Positions 36,519 through 46,105 of a stretch of DNA of 58,779 bases are shown here, one piece after another. Below the pieces are notes generated by a model. It saw only the letters and a program-made list of their open reading frames with translations. It made no database searches and was not told where the DNA came from. The position numbers and the translations under genes are program-made. The stretch comes from Candidatus Desantisbacteria bacterium CG1_02_49_89. GTDB lineage: Bacteria > Desantisbacteria > UBA1551. The number at the start of each line of letters is the position of its first letter. Position 1 is the stretch's first letter. The DNA lies in the NCBI GenBank assembly GCA_001871075.1, contig MNUP01000123.1, positions 1 through 58,779 of the forward strand. The letters run 5' to 3'.

Positions 36519-37658
36519 ATGAGTATGAGGAAAGTAAAATTAGGGATTGTGGGGTGCGGGTGGGGCTCGCGGGACCTCTATGGGTCGTTCTTCAGATATC
36601 TTGAGAACGGGGAGCTGGTAGCCGCGGCGGACGCAGATGAAAAGAGCGCCAGGGCATACCAGGAACAGACAGGGTGCAAGAGGATCTATACTGACCTTGG
36701 TTCCCTGCTAAAGGATAAAGAGGTGGAAGCGGTTATGGTCCTGACTCCGCCCAGCGTTCACTGCAAACAGGTAGAGCAGATAGCAGAAGCAGGAAAGCAC
36801 GTTTACTGCGAGAAGCCGATGGCAATAACCGTCGAAGAGGCGGATGAAATGACCTCAGCGTGCAGGAAGAATAAAGTTAAGCTGCAGATAGCGTTCATGA
36901 AAAGGTTCAACCCGTCTTTTCTTCTCTGTAAAAAGCTTATTGAGGAGGGCAGGCTCGGAGACGTTTTTGAGATGCGAGCGATATGGGACAACGCCCGCGC
37001 GTATGCTTCCGCTGAGAATTACCGCCACCGGCTTCCGGGCGGAGGCTACCTTCAGGAGGATGGCTCCCATCCTCTTGACGTGTGCAGGTGGTGGATGGGG
37101 GAAGTGAAGGAGGTCAGCGGCAACGCAATGCTCGTGATGTCAGACAGGATTGAAAATGATGATGTGGCTTGCGTGATCATGAAGCACAAAAGCGGCGCGA
37201 TGAGTACCCTGCACATAACAATGCTGACGCACCGCAGGGGGCTTGAATCCTACGAGGTGTTCGGCACAAAAGGAACGCTTTTAATGGAATGGCCGTATCA
37301 CAGCACCCATACGCTTGAGCCCGCGATCATTAAGCTCTATGAAAAATCCAGCAAGGTCACGGATTTAACGCTTTCCACATCCTGGAGCCCGCAAAAAGAA
37401 ATGGAAAAGAGCTGGCAGTATCTGAACGAGCTGAGGTATTTCTGCGGCTGCGTTATAAATAACAGAGAACCGTCCGTGACCGGGAAGGACGGACGGGCGG
37501 TTGTCGAGATCGTGAACGCCGCGTACCTGTCCTCGCAGAAAGGTATTAAAGTGAAGCTGCCGCTAGAAAAATCGCCGGACATCACGAAATTTTTTAAGGA
37601 GCTGCGCAAGTCCTCCAAATGGAAGATCGGAAAGGACCTTTGGGGCAGCCGGTATTAA
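36519..37658 (+). CDS. Gfo/Idh/MocA family oxidoreductase
   Basis: GIVGCG, GKHVYCEKPMA, RFNP and GGYLQEDGSHPLD motifs. Alternative start 36486. Confidence 0.9.
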   Translation: MSMRKVKLGIVGCGWGSRDLYGSFFRYLENGELVAAADADEKSARAYQEQTGCKRIYTDLGSLLKDKEVEAVMVLTPPSVHCKQVEQIAEAGKHVYCEKPMAITVEEADEMTSACRKNKVKLQIAFMKRFNPSFLLCKKLIEEGRLGDVFEMRAIWDNARAYASAENYRHRLPGGGYLQEDGSHPLDVCRWWMGEVKEVSGNAMLVMSDRIENDDVACVIMKHKSGAMSTLHITMLTHRRGLESYEVFGTKGTLLMEWPYHSTHTLEPAIIKLYEKSSKVTDLTLSTSWSPQKEMEKSWQYLNELRYFCGCVINNREPSVTGKDGRAVVEIVNAAYLSSQKGIKVKLPLEKSPDITKFFKELRKSSKWKIGKDLWGSRY

Positions 37659-37675
37659 AAAAGGAGCATGAATAG

Positions 37676-39619
37676 ATGAAGGAAGAAATGAAGATCCAGG
37701 GTATAGGAAATGAAAAATTAAAAATAGTCTGGAATGAACACCTCGGAGAATATAAGTCAAGGGTTGGCGGAGGAATTTTCTATAAGGATAAAGAATGGCG
37801 AAAAATAGCGGATATGGCTGAGGGGAACGCCGTAATTTATCTTCCTGGCAAGAATCAGTATCTTTCAGTAAACCCGACAGGATGTTCAGTAAAGGAGGGA
37901 AACGGCTGGAAGAAAATCATTCTGGAGCTGCCTGTTCTAAAAATGGGGGAGATTGAATGGAAAATAGAGGAAGAATGGGCTGTCAGGGACGGAGACAATA
38001 AACTCGGCTGGCTGTTTAAATTTACTCCATCCGGAGAGGTAAAAGAAAAATGCTATGTCGGCACAAATTTTAATATTTTCCCGGATATATGGCGCCTGAA
38101 TGCCCTTCCGTCCTGCTGCGGATATTCCGGGAAAATATGCTACGCTGTCTATCCCGAGGTCTCCCGGCCCTGGTGGATGAGGCTGGAGGGCCCGAAGATC
38201 ATCGCGAACGTCCACTATCCTTTTACTTATAAACCCTCGCGGAAGGCGAAAGGCCCGGAGCCTGTTGCCCTGCAGGGATTTTTTCTCACAGATGAACTGA
38301 CGCCCGCGGAATTAAGCAAATTTTTACGGGATTATTTTCAGCCCCGGCCTCATAGATCAAGAAATGCATATAAGGAAGTAATTTCTGCCTGCATGACGAT
38401 GCTCAACAGAAGTTATGCCGCCGCAAGGGAAGAATACCCTTTTACGGGGGATGAGGGAGCTTTTATTGACTTGAGGAATAAAAAAGAATGGATGCACCAT
38501 CGCAACAAATCAACTTTTGGGGCAGGGTTCAGCTGCGGCTACAGCGGAGACGCGATTATCCCCCTTATTGAACATTTTAAAAGATCAGGGGACAGGGATG
38601 CCGTTAACATGGCTCAGGGAATAACAAACTGGATCGTGAATAACCTCCAGGCAGATTATGGCGGATATTATTTGATTTACGATATGGGGGCAAAGGAAGG
38701 AATGGACTTTATCGGAGAAGATTATACTTATCCCTGTCACATAGCAAAGATGACGATTAATATCCTCTCCGCATACGAATATTTTAAAAATGCATCTTAC
38801 AAGGGATCGGGTTTGAAAGCCTGCGATTGGCTTTTGAGCTTGCAGGAAAAGGATGGAGGAATTCCCTGGAAGGTAATAGCAAGCACAGGCGGACAGGATG
38901 GAACAAAGGCGTATGCTGCCAGCAGCGGCTGGATCATTGCCTGCTGGGTAAAGGCTTATGAGATCACGGGAAAAGAAAAATACCTCAGGGCTTCAGAGAG
39001 GCTGGCAGAATGGCTTAAAGAAGATTTTATCCGGAATTATCATTACGCCGGATACATTACTGATGACAAACCAAGCGACGGGTTCGATCGCTGGGAAACC
39101 CCGAGTTCTCCGGCAGCTTCCTGTGTTATTGAAGGATTGTGCGCTCTTCACAGGGCCTCCAGGAAAAAGAAATACCTGCAGTGGGCGATTCAGGCCGGAT
39201 ATTTCAGCGCCCTCTGGCAGTGGTTATGGGAGCCCGCGGATGGATTGGGAGTAAGGATCAAAGGCACAACCCAGGCATCCGGGGGCATGCAATACACGAT
39301 CGATCAGACCCTCGGCACTGAATTACCGAACGTTCTTGACGGATACCTCAACTTGTATGAATTAACCGGGGATGAGTTCTGGCTGAATGCGGCAAAGATG
39401 GGGATCAGCAGGATGGAAGACGATATTGTAATGGACAAAAATGACCCCAGGTACGGAGGAATAAAGGAAGGCTGGAACCTGAATGAAGACGCGGAAATTT
39501 CCGGCTTCAAGGATGACCCGCACATAAATGTTTCCGGGGTGGCTTATTTCATAAATAATATTGAAAGGATGGTAACTCTAAAAGAAGGCCGCCCGGTCAG
39601 GCCCGCGGAGATCAGATAA
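37676..39619 (+). CDS. Hypothetical protein with an (alpha/alpha)6-barrel, glycosidase-like C-terminal half
   Basis: Repeated AYEITGKEKYL, LYELTGDEFWL and WLLSLQEKDGG helical motifs. Confidence 0.65.
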   Translation: MKEEMKIQGIGNEKLKIVWNEHLGEYKSRVGGGIFYKDKEWRKIADMAEGNAVIYLPGKNQYLSVNPTGCSVKEGNGWKKIILELPVLKMGEIEWKIEEEWAVRDGDNKLGWLFKFTPSGEVKEKCYVGTNFNIFPDIWRLNALPSCCGYSGKICYAVYPEVSRPWWMRLEGPKIIANVHYPFTYKPSRKAKGPEPVALQGFFLTDELTPAELSKFLRDYFQPRPHRSRNAYKEVISACMTMLNRSYAAAREEYPFTGDEGAFIDLRNKKEWMHHRNKSTFGAGFSCGYSGDAIIPLIEHFKRSGDRDAVNMAQGITNWIVNNLQADYGGYYLIYDMGAKEGMDFIGEDYTYPCHIAKMTINILSAYEYFKNASYKGSGLKACDWLLSLQEKDGGIPWKVIASTGGQDGTKAYAASSGWIIACWVKAYEITGKEKYLRASERLAEWLKEDFIRNYHYAGYITDDKPSDGFDRWETPSSPAASCVIEGLCALHRASRKKKYLQWAIQAGYFSALWQWLWEPADGLGVRIKGTTQASGGMQYTIDQTLGTELPNVLDGYLNLYELTGDEFWLNAAKMGISRMEDDIVMDKNDPRYGGIKEGWNLNEDAEISGFKDDPHINVSGVAYFINNIERMVTLKEGRPVRPAEIR

Positions 39620-39714
39620 CCGCGTATAACGATACCGATTTCCAGAACGCCGGTTTTGAAAAATCACCAGCCGGCGTTTTTTATTTGTAAAAGTTGACTT
39701 TTCTTGATAAAAGT

Positions 39715-39743
39715 TTGACTTTTTTCAATGTATGATATATAAT
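39715..39743 (+). promoter_or_regulatory. Sigma70 promoter
   Basis: TTGACT-17 nt-TATAAT, downstream of the terminator AACGCCGG..CCGGCGTTTTTT (~39646-39682). Confidence 0.6.
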
Positions 39744-39798
39744 ATATAGCTGTATAATTATATAAAAATATTATATGATAAAGTCTAATAAATATAAA

Positions 39799-40755
39799 AT
39801 GACAAAGCTTCAGGGAATAGGTAAAAAAGAACTGGAAGAGAAGATCAGGCAGGCGTACGGCCTGCTTTCGCCATGCAGGCTTTGCCCGCGCGCCTGCGGG
39901 ACAGACCGCCTGAAAAACAAAAAGGGATACTGCAAGGCAGGATTGCTTCCCGAGATAGCAAGCTATCACGCGCACCACGGGGAAGAGCCGCCGATCTCAG
40001 GCTTTAAAGGTTCGGGCACTATTTTTTTCAGCCACTGCAGCCTGCGCTGCGTTTTCTGCCAGAATTATTCCCTGAGCCAGCTGGGCGAGGGCGCGGAAGT
40101 CACCATACAGGAGCTGGCGGAGATCATGCTCAAGCTCCAGGGAATGGGCTGCCACAACATCAATTTCGTGACCCCGACGCATTACACCGCGCAGATCCTC
40201 GCGGCGCTCGCAGCCGCAAAGGACAAAGGCCTGGGAATCCCGCTTGTTTACAACTGCGGCGGTTATGAATCGGTTGAGACGCTGAAAATACTGGACGGGG
40301 TCATTGATATATATATGCCTGATTTCAAATACGGGGATAACGCCCCGGCCAAAAAATACTCGGGCGCGGAAGACTACGCGGAACGGGCAAAAGAAGCGCA
40401 CAGGGAAATGTATAAGCAGGTTGGAGGCTTGAAAGCCGAAGGCGGGATCGCCGTTAGCGGTTTGCTGATCCGCCATCTTGTTTTACCGAACCGCCTCGCC
40501 TCAAGCGAAAAAGTGTTTGAGTTCATCGCGAAAGAACTTTCCCCGGACATGGCGGTCAACATTATGGCGCAATACTATCCAGCCCATCTGGCAAATAAAT
40601 ATGATGAAATAAACAGGCTCCCCGCGGTAAACGAATACACGGAGGCTTTGCGGGCCGCGAAGTCCGCGGGTCTTAACCAGGGCTGGCGCCAGACAACCGG
40701 TACGCTCGCGCGCGAAAAGATCCCCGAGTGGAAGGACAGCCTGAAAGACAGCTGA
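39799..40755 (+). CDS. Radical SAM protein (PflX-like)
   Basis: CRLCPRAC, HHGEEPPISG, CSLRCVFCQN, HNINFVTPTH, DIYMPDFKY and RHLVLP motifs. Alternative start 39775. Confidence 0.9.
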   Translation: MTKLQGIGKKELEEKIRQAYGLLSPCRLCPRACGTDRLKNKKGYCKAGLLPEIASYHAHHGEEPPISGFKGSGTIFFSHCSLRCVFCQNYSLSQLGEGAEVTIQELAEIMLKLQGMGCHNINFVTPTHYTAQILAALAAAKDKGLGIPLVYNCGGYESVETLKILDGVIDIYMPDFKYGDNAPAKKYSGAEDYAERAKEAHREMYKQVGGLKAEGGIAVSGLLIRHLVLPNRLASSEKVFEFIAKELSPDMAVNIMAQYYPAHLANKYDEINRLPAVNEYTEALRAAKSAGLNQGWRQTTGTLAREKIPEWKDSLKDS

Positions 40756-40868
40756 CAAGCTTAAAAGCTTACAAGTTAACAAGCTGACAAGCTTATAAGT
40801 TTAAGATATTATTTACCTGTAAGCTTATGGACTTGTAAGCTGTTTTGCGCGTAACTTTAAGAGGAAAA

Positions 40869-42860
40869 ATGCAGACTAATGAAATTACTGCAACGCAGAA
40901 ATTACTGAATATCGGAATGGCGCTTACTGTATTTTTATCGCTGTTTGGGGTGATGTTCTTCATCCTTGTGGACAACAACGAGGACCTGGTGCGGGTCGCG
41001 TCCGTGCAGGTGCTGGTCCTTGTTATGGCGGTTCTGTGGCTGGCAAGAAAACTATGGAAGGGAGATCCCGGGTTCGCGAAGACCCCTCTCAACCTGCCGA
41101 TAATAGCGTTCTTCTGCGCCGGGCTTATTTCCCTGGTAAAGGCGGTCAACCCGTACCAGGGCCTATCCGAGCTTCTCACTCTCTCCGCTTATTTTGTATT
41201 GTTTTTTCTGATAGTCAATAATTTTAACAACGAGTCTTCTGTTAACAATTTTCTGACAACAATTCTTATTTTAACGGTAATTGTTTCAGCGCACAGCATC
41301 TGCCAGTACCTTCACCTGGATTTCCTGTGGTTCATGTTCCCGCCTGACGCGTCCTCGGCAAGGGTTTCCTCCGTGTTCGGGAACGCGGATTTCCTGGGCG
41401 GGTACCTTGCCATGGTTTTCCCGATTGCGTTCCTGCTCTTCCTTTTCAGGAAGAGGAAGACCTTTTACGGCATTGCTTCAGCCCTGATATTCACGAGCCT
41501 TATCCTTACCTTCACGCGCAGCGCGTGGGTCTCATGGGGCCTGTCGCTCTGTTTCATGCTTGCGATCCTGGCTGTTTTCCGGCCGGATGTGATAAAGCGC
41601 AACGCCGGGCTGCTCGCTGGCAGTATTGTCTGCTTCGTTGTTTTCGCGGTAATACTCAATTACGCCAGGGGTGGCGCCATTTTTTCGCGGCTTGCGGCAA
41701 TTTTCAACTGGAAGGAATACAGCGTGCAGGTAAGGTTCAACCTGTGGCGCACCGCTCTGGGTGTGTTCAAGAAAAGCCCGTTGATCGGCATCGGCTTTGA
41801 TAATTTCAAGATTGTGGCGCAGGGCTGCAGGATACACAACGAGTACCTGCAGATACTTGCTGAAACCGGGATACTGGGGCTGGGAATTTTCATATGGGTT
41901 ATTTTCGCCTATTTCAGACAAGGTTTCAAAAGCCTTAAAGTCCTGACTCCCTACAGGCAGGTCCTTGTCATTGCTTTTATGTCCTCCGCGGTTGCCTTCC
42001 TCGCGGACAGCCTTTTCTGCTTCCCGCTGCACAGGGTATCGCACAACGTGCTGTTCTGGGGTTTGGCAGGAATGACGGTAGCTCTGAGCAGAATAGAGTC
42101 AGAGAGTCCCGCCTCATCGGCGGGTCGCCGAAGTGGCGACAACGTGTCAGAGCCAGAAGCCAATTCAAATAATCCAGGATCCAGGATCCAGGATCCAGGA
42201 TCAAAACCGCACGCAGGCGTTTGGGGAAAGGTGCTGGCAATTGCGGTGGTTGCGGGAGCGGCATTCGCTGTTTTCATTGTCGCGCGGAACTTTATAGGGG
42301 TGTATTTCTACCAGAAGGGCTTTGAGATGAACCAGTATGCTGACAGGAGCCCTGAAGTGCGGCAGAAAACGATCCAGGCATTTGAAAGGGCCGCAAAGCT
42401 CGCGCCGTTCCACTACCAGATACAGCACGACTGGGCTGTTGTGGCGATTGAATCCGGGGACCTGAAAAAGGGAATAAAAGCGATGAAGTGGTCTGAAAAG
42501 CTTTACCCGGGCAAGCTGCCTGACCTGCGTCTTCACCTGGGCCTGCTGTATTACGAAACAGGCAGGTTTGATGACGCGGAAAAGACCTGGAAGGAAACAA
42601 TAGACAAATTCCCGGATTGCGCGCAGGCGTATTTCTACCTGGGCGGGTTCTTCATAAACAGGAACCAGCTGGACGAAGGGGTAAAGATGTGCAGGCGGGC
42701 GTCCGAGCTTGACCCCGGCAACCTTGAGTATTACAGGGTGCTTGCGAAGGTATATTACAGGACGGGTGAACTGAAAGCAGCGAAGGAAACAGTGAGCAGG
42801 GGGCTTGCGGCTGCGCCGAATGATGTTGAATTGCAGAAAATGGATAAGGCATTAAGGTAG
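40869..42860 (+). CDS. O-antigen ligase-like (Wzy_C) membrane protein with TPRs
   Basis: SVFGNADFLGGY, TFTRSAW, R..LW..PLIGIG and HNEYLQILAETG motifs, with a TPR tail. Confidence 0.85.
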   Translation: MQTNEITATQKLLNIGMALTVFLSLFGVMFFILVDNNEDLVRVASVQVLVLVMAVLWLARKLWKGDPGFAKTPLNLPIIAFFCAGLISLVKAVNPYQGLSELLTLSAYFVLFFLIVNNFNNESSVNNFLTTILILTVIVSAHSICQYLHLDFLWFMFPPDASSARVSSVFGNADFLGGYLAMVFPIAFLLFLFRKRKTFYGIASALIFTSLILTFTRSAWVSWGLSLCFMLAILAVFRPDVIKRNAGLLAGSIVCFVVFAVILNYARGGAIFSRLAAIFNWKEYSVQVRFNLWRTALGVFKKSPLIGIGFDNFKIVAQGCRIHNEYLQILAETGILGLGIFIWVIFAYFRQGFKSLKVLTPYRQVLVIAFMSSAVAFLADSLFCFPLHRVSHNVLFWGLAGMTVALSRIESESPASSAGRRSGDNVSEPEANSNNPGSRIQDPGSKPHAGVWGKVLAIAVVAGAAFAVFIVARNFIGVYFYQKGFEMNQYADRSPEVRQKTIQAFERAAKLAPFHYQIQHDWAVVAIESGDLKKGIKAMKWSEKLYPGKLPDLRLHLGLLYYETGRFDDAEKTWKETIDKFPDCAQAYFYLGGFFINRNQLDEGVKMCRRASELDPGNLEYYRVLAKVYYRTGELKAAKETVSRGLAAAPNDVELQKMDKALR

Positions 42861-42906
42861 CCGCAACCTTCAGGTTGCGTTCACGCAGGCTAAAGCCTGC
42901 GGCTAC
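42857..42906. repeat. GTAG REP doublet (REPIN-like) supplying a stop codon
   Basis: GTAGCCGCAACCTTCAGGTTGCG-TTCA-CGCAGGCTAAAGCCTGCGGCTAC. Confidence 0.8.
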
Positions 42907-42928
42907 CAATTTAAAACGAGGAAAATGA

Positions 42929-44866
42929 ATGGAAGAAATAAAAGGTTCGAGGCAGAGCAAAATAATCGCGGCAGGCCTGCTGTTCATCATATTTTTCGCA
43001 TCCGCGGGGCTGGTGTTCTGGAGGCTTATAAAGGACAACGATGACCTGGCGCGGGTTATTTTCGTGCAGGTGATCGCCCTTATTCTTTTTATGGTCTGGG
43101 TTACAAAAGAGGGCGGCATAAAATTCAGGAAAAACCCGCTGAACCTGCCTGTTCTGCTGTATGCCGGCGCGAACGCGGTCGCGCTGTTTGCCACTTCGAA
43201 TATTTACGAGAGCCTGACCGCTATGCTGAAGATCGTTATTTACTGCCTGATCTTTTTTCTCGCGGCGAACAACCTGAAAACAAAGGATGCGGAAAGGTCT
43301 TCCGTAACCGTTGTGATCATGGGTTTTGTGATCGCAGTCATAGGCCTCCTGCAGTATTTCGGCCTTGACTGGTTCAGGTTCCTGTATTCTGCCGCACCTA
43401 CGAACCGCGTGTTCTCGATACTGGGCAATCCCGATTTCCTCGGGGGTTTCCTGGCGCTGGTGCTTCCGCTTTCCCTCGTCCTGGTGCTGAATTTCGGGTT
43501 CAAGGGAAGGGAAGGGATCTTCGGTTCGATCTCTTTTGCCGTGATACTCCTCTGCCTGCTCCTGACAGCGACCCGCAGCGCGCTCATCGCGTTCATCGGT
43601 TCCCTTATCTTCCTCAGCATAATCGTTTTGCTGCAGAAAGGGATGAAAAACCTTAAAAAGAGATGGATCTTTATGCTGGTCTTTTCGGTTGTCATAGTCC
43701 TGATCCTCGGGTTTTCCGGCAGGGGCAGGGTCAAGAGCTTCCTATTCAGGTTCGCTTCTGTTTTAAGCCCGCAGACGCTCAAAACAGACGGCGCTGTGCA
43801 GTATAGATTAGCCATATGGAAAACAAGCCTGCTTATGTTCAAAGAACATCCGGTAGCCGGCGTCGGCACAGGGGTTTTCAAGCTCCATTACCCGTTTTAC
43901 CAGGCGAAGCTGCGCCAGGCGGATCCGTTGATCCCGTTTTCCTCCTCGCAGGAGTCGCGCGTTCACAATGAATATCTTCAGGCGCTTGCCGAGACAGGGG
44001 TCATCGGGATCGCGGGCTTTTTCTGGCTTGCGGTATGCGCGATATTCTACGGGGTAAAATACATAGCCGGCGCGAAGGAGCCGAGGCAGCGGATCTTTCT
44101 TATCGGGCTGGTATCAGGCGCGTCAGTTGTGCTGCTGGACAGCGTTTTCGCTTTTCCTTTCCACCTTACTTCGCACGCGACTCTTTTCTGGCTGTTCCTG
44201 GGGTTGATAGTAGTGATCGGTGAGAGCGCTGGAACTCAGATTTCCGCAAAAGATGCGGGTAAACCCGCGGGGCAGGAACCGGTTAAACAGAGATCAAAGA
44301 TAAAGAAGAAGATGATCGTCAGCAGGCGTTCCTGGGAACTGATATCGGTCGCGTGGGTCGCTTCCGCAGTCCTGATAATACTTATACTGCGTTCTTTTTT
44401 CGGCGCGTTCTATTACAAGCAGGGCATAGTATACGGCAACAACCAGATGGACCAGCAGTCGATCGAAAGCTACAAACGGGCGATAAAGCTTTCACCCTAT
44501 GACCCGGAGATACATTTCACCTGGGGATATATCTGCCTGAACAGCGGTATGATAGACGACGGCCTGGCTGAATTCAAACTCGTGGAAAAACTCTACCCGT
44601 GGAACGAGGACAACCTCCTCAACCTGGGAGTGGTTTATAACAACAAGAGGGAACCTGGAAAAGCGCTTGATTATTTCAGGAAGGCGATAATGCTGAACCC
44701 CGGGATAGGCGCGGCGTATTTCAACGTGGCTGGGATATACCTGAATTACTACAGCAACTCGCCCTGGGCGAAAGAAGAGGCGGTGAACTACTGCAGGAAA
44801 GCCGTTGAAATAGAACCGTCTAACAGTTATTACAGGGAAGTGCTGGAGAAGCTGATAAAAGAGTAA
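42929..44866 (+). CDS. O-antigen ligase-like membrane protein with TPRs (paralog)
   Basis: SILGNPDFLGG, TATRSA, HPVAGVG and HNEYLQALAETG motifs, with TPRs. Confidence 0.85.
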   Translation: MEEIKGSRQSKIIAAGLLFIIFFASAGLVFWRLIKDNDDLARVIFVQVIALILFMVWVTKEGGIKFRKNPLNLPVLLYAGANAVALFATSNIYESLTAMLKIVIYCLIFFLAANNLKTKDAERSSVTVVIMGFVIAVIGLLQYFGLDWFRFLYSAAPTNRVFSILGNPDFLGGFLALVLPLSLVLVLNFGFKGREGIFGSISFAVILLCLLLTATRSALIAFIGSLIFLSIIVLLQKGMKNLKKRWIFMLVFSVVIVLILGFSGRGRVKSFLFRFASVLSPQTLKTDGAVQYRLAIWKTSLLMFKEHPVAGVGTGVFKLHYPFYQAKLRQADPLIPFSSSQESRVHNEYLQALAETGVIGIAGFFWLAVCAIFYGVKYIAGAKEPRQRIFLIGLVSGASVVLLDSVFAFPFHLTSHATLFWLFLGLIVVIGESAGTQISAKDAGKPAGQEPVKQRSKIKKKMIVSRRSWELISVAWVASAVLIILILRSFFGAFYYKQGIVYGNNQMDQQSIESYKRAIKLSPYDPEIHFTWGYICLNSGMIDDGLAEFKLVEKLYPWNEDNLLNLGVVYNNKREPGKALDYFRKAIMLNPGIGAAYFNVAGIYLNYYSNSPWAKEEAVNYCRKAVEIEPSNSYYREVLEKLIKE

Positions 44867-45021
44867 TTATGAATTATGAGTTATGAATTATGAGTCAACA
44901 GCAAGGATTTTTAATTAATATTTTCTTAAATATTATTTCTTAACATCTTTTCATAACATTTTCACCTAACAGATTAACACGCAACCCGCCAACACGTAAC
45001 AGTTTTTTACAGGAGGCAGAC

Positions 45022-46023
45022 GTGACCTGCAAGGAGAGAGTAAAGAAAGCGATCGCGCATGAACAGACCGATATCGTACCCTACCAGATAGGGTTTACTA
45101 TTCCGGTATACAAATCGATGCAGGAATATTACAAAGATCCCGGGTTTGAAGCCGGGATAGGCAACCATCTCGCGGGTGTTGAGGCGGCCCTGAAATGGAC
45201 AGAGGCAAAACCGGATTTCTTGCAGGACGCGTTCGGCGTTATCTGGGACAAGAGCGTTGACAAGGATATAGGTGTTGTGAGCAACGCGGTCATAGCGTCT
45301 AAAAAAGACCTTGACAGTTACAGATTCCCCGACACGCGCGGCAAGGACCTTTACGCGCACATCCCGGCCGCGATCAATTCCTGCAAGGACTTTTTCATTC
45401 TGGGGAACATCGGCTTTTCCCTTTTTGAGCGCGCCTGGACAATGCGGGGTATGGAAAACCTGCTTATGGACATGGTAACGGACGAAGGATTTGTTGACGC
45501 GCTGCTGGACAGGATACTGGAATTCAACTTAAGCCTGGTCGAAGAGCAGGTGAAATTCCCGCTTGACGGTTTCATGTTCGGGGATGATTGGGGGCAGCAG
45601 CATGGGCTGATAACAGGCCCGAAACTCTGGCGGAGGTTTATAAAGCCCAGGATAGCGAAGATGTACGCGAGAGTGCACCGGGCAGGGCTTCCGGTCTGGA
45701 TACACTCCTGCGGGGATGTGGACGAGCTGTTCCCTGACCTGATAGAGGCAGGCCTGGACGTTTTCAACCCGTTCCAGCCGGAGGTCATGGATGTTTACGA
45801 GATGAAAAAGAAGTTCGGCGGCAAGCTGTCTTTCTACGGTGGATTGAGCACGCAGAAGATCCTTCCTTACGGCACTCCTGACGACGTGCGCAGGGAAACA
45901 AAGAAACTTATGAAGGAAATAGGAAGGGACGGCGGATATATACTGGCGCCAGCCCACTCCATACCCAGGGGCACGCCGCCAGAGAACATAGCCGCACTTA
46001 TCGAAACAGTTAATAAACAATAA
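45022..46023 (+). CDS. Uroporphyrinogen decarboxylase family protein
   Basis: LFERAWTMRGMENLL, GDDWGQQ, HSCG and GGYILAPAH motifs. Confidence 0.85.
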   Translation: MTCKERVKKAIAHEQTDIVPYQIGFTIPVYKSMQEYYKDPGFEAGIGNHLAGVEAALKWTEAKPDFLQDAFGVIWDKSVDKDIGVVSNAVIASKKDLDSYRFPDTRGKDLYAHIPAAINSCKDFFILGNIGFSLFERAWTMRGMENLLMDMVTDEGFVDALLDRILEFNLSLVEEQVKFPLDGFMFGDDWGQQHGLITGPKLWRRFIKPRIAKMYARVHRAGLPVWIHSCGDVDELFPDLIEAGLDVFNPFQPEVMDVYEMKKKFGGKLSFYGGLSTQKILPYGTPDDVRRETKKLMKEIGRDGGYILAPAHSIPRGTPPENIAALIETVNKQ

Positions 46024-46105
46024 GCGTGTCAGCGTGTCAGCGTGTCAACGTTTTAATCTGTGTAATCTCGTTTTTGAAATCTGTGTAATCAATAAAAGGA
46101 GAAAT

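Noticed and set aside
40869-44866. Diversity-generating retroelement TR/VR pair
   Set aside because: The similarity is ordinary protein paralogy. I saw no adenine-specific near-identical repeat and no reverse transcriptase.
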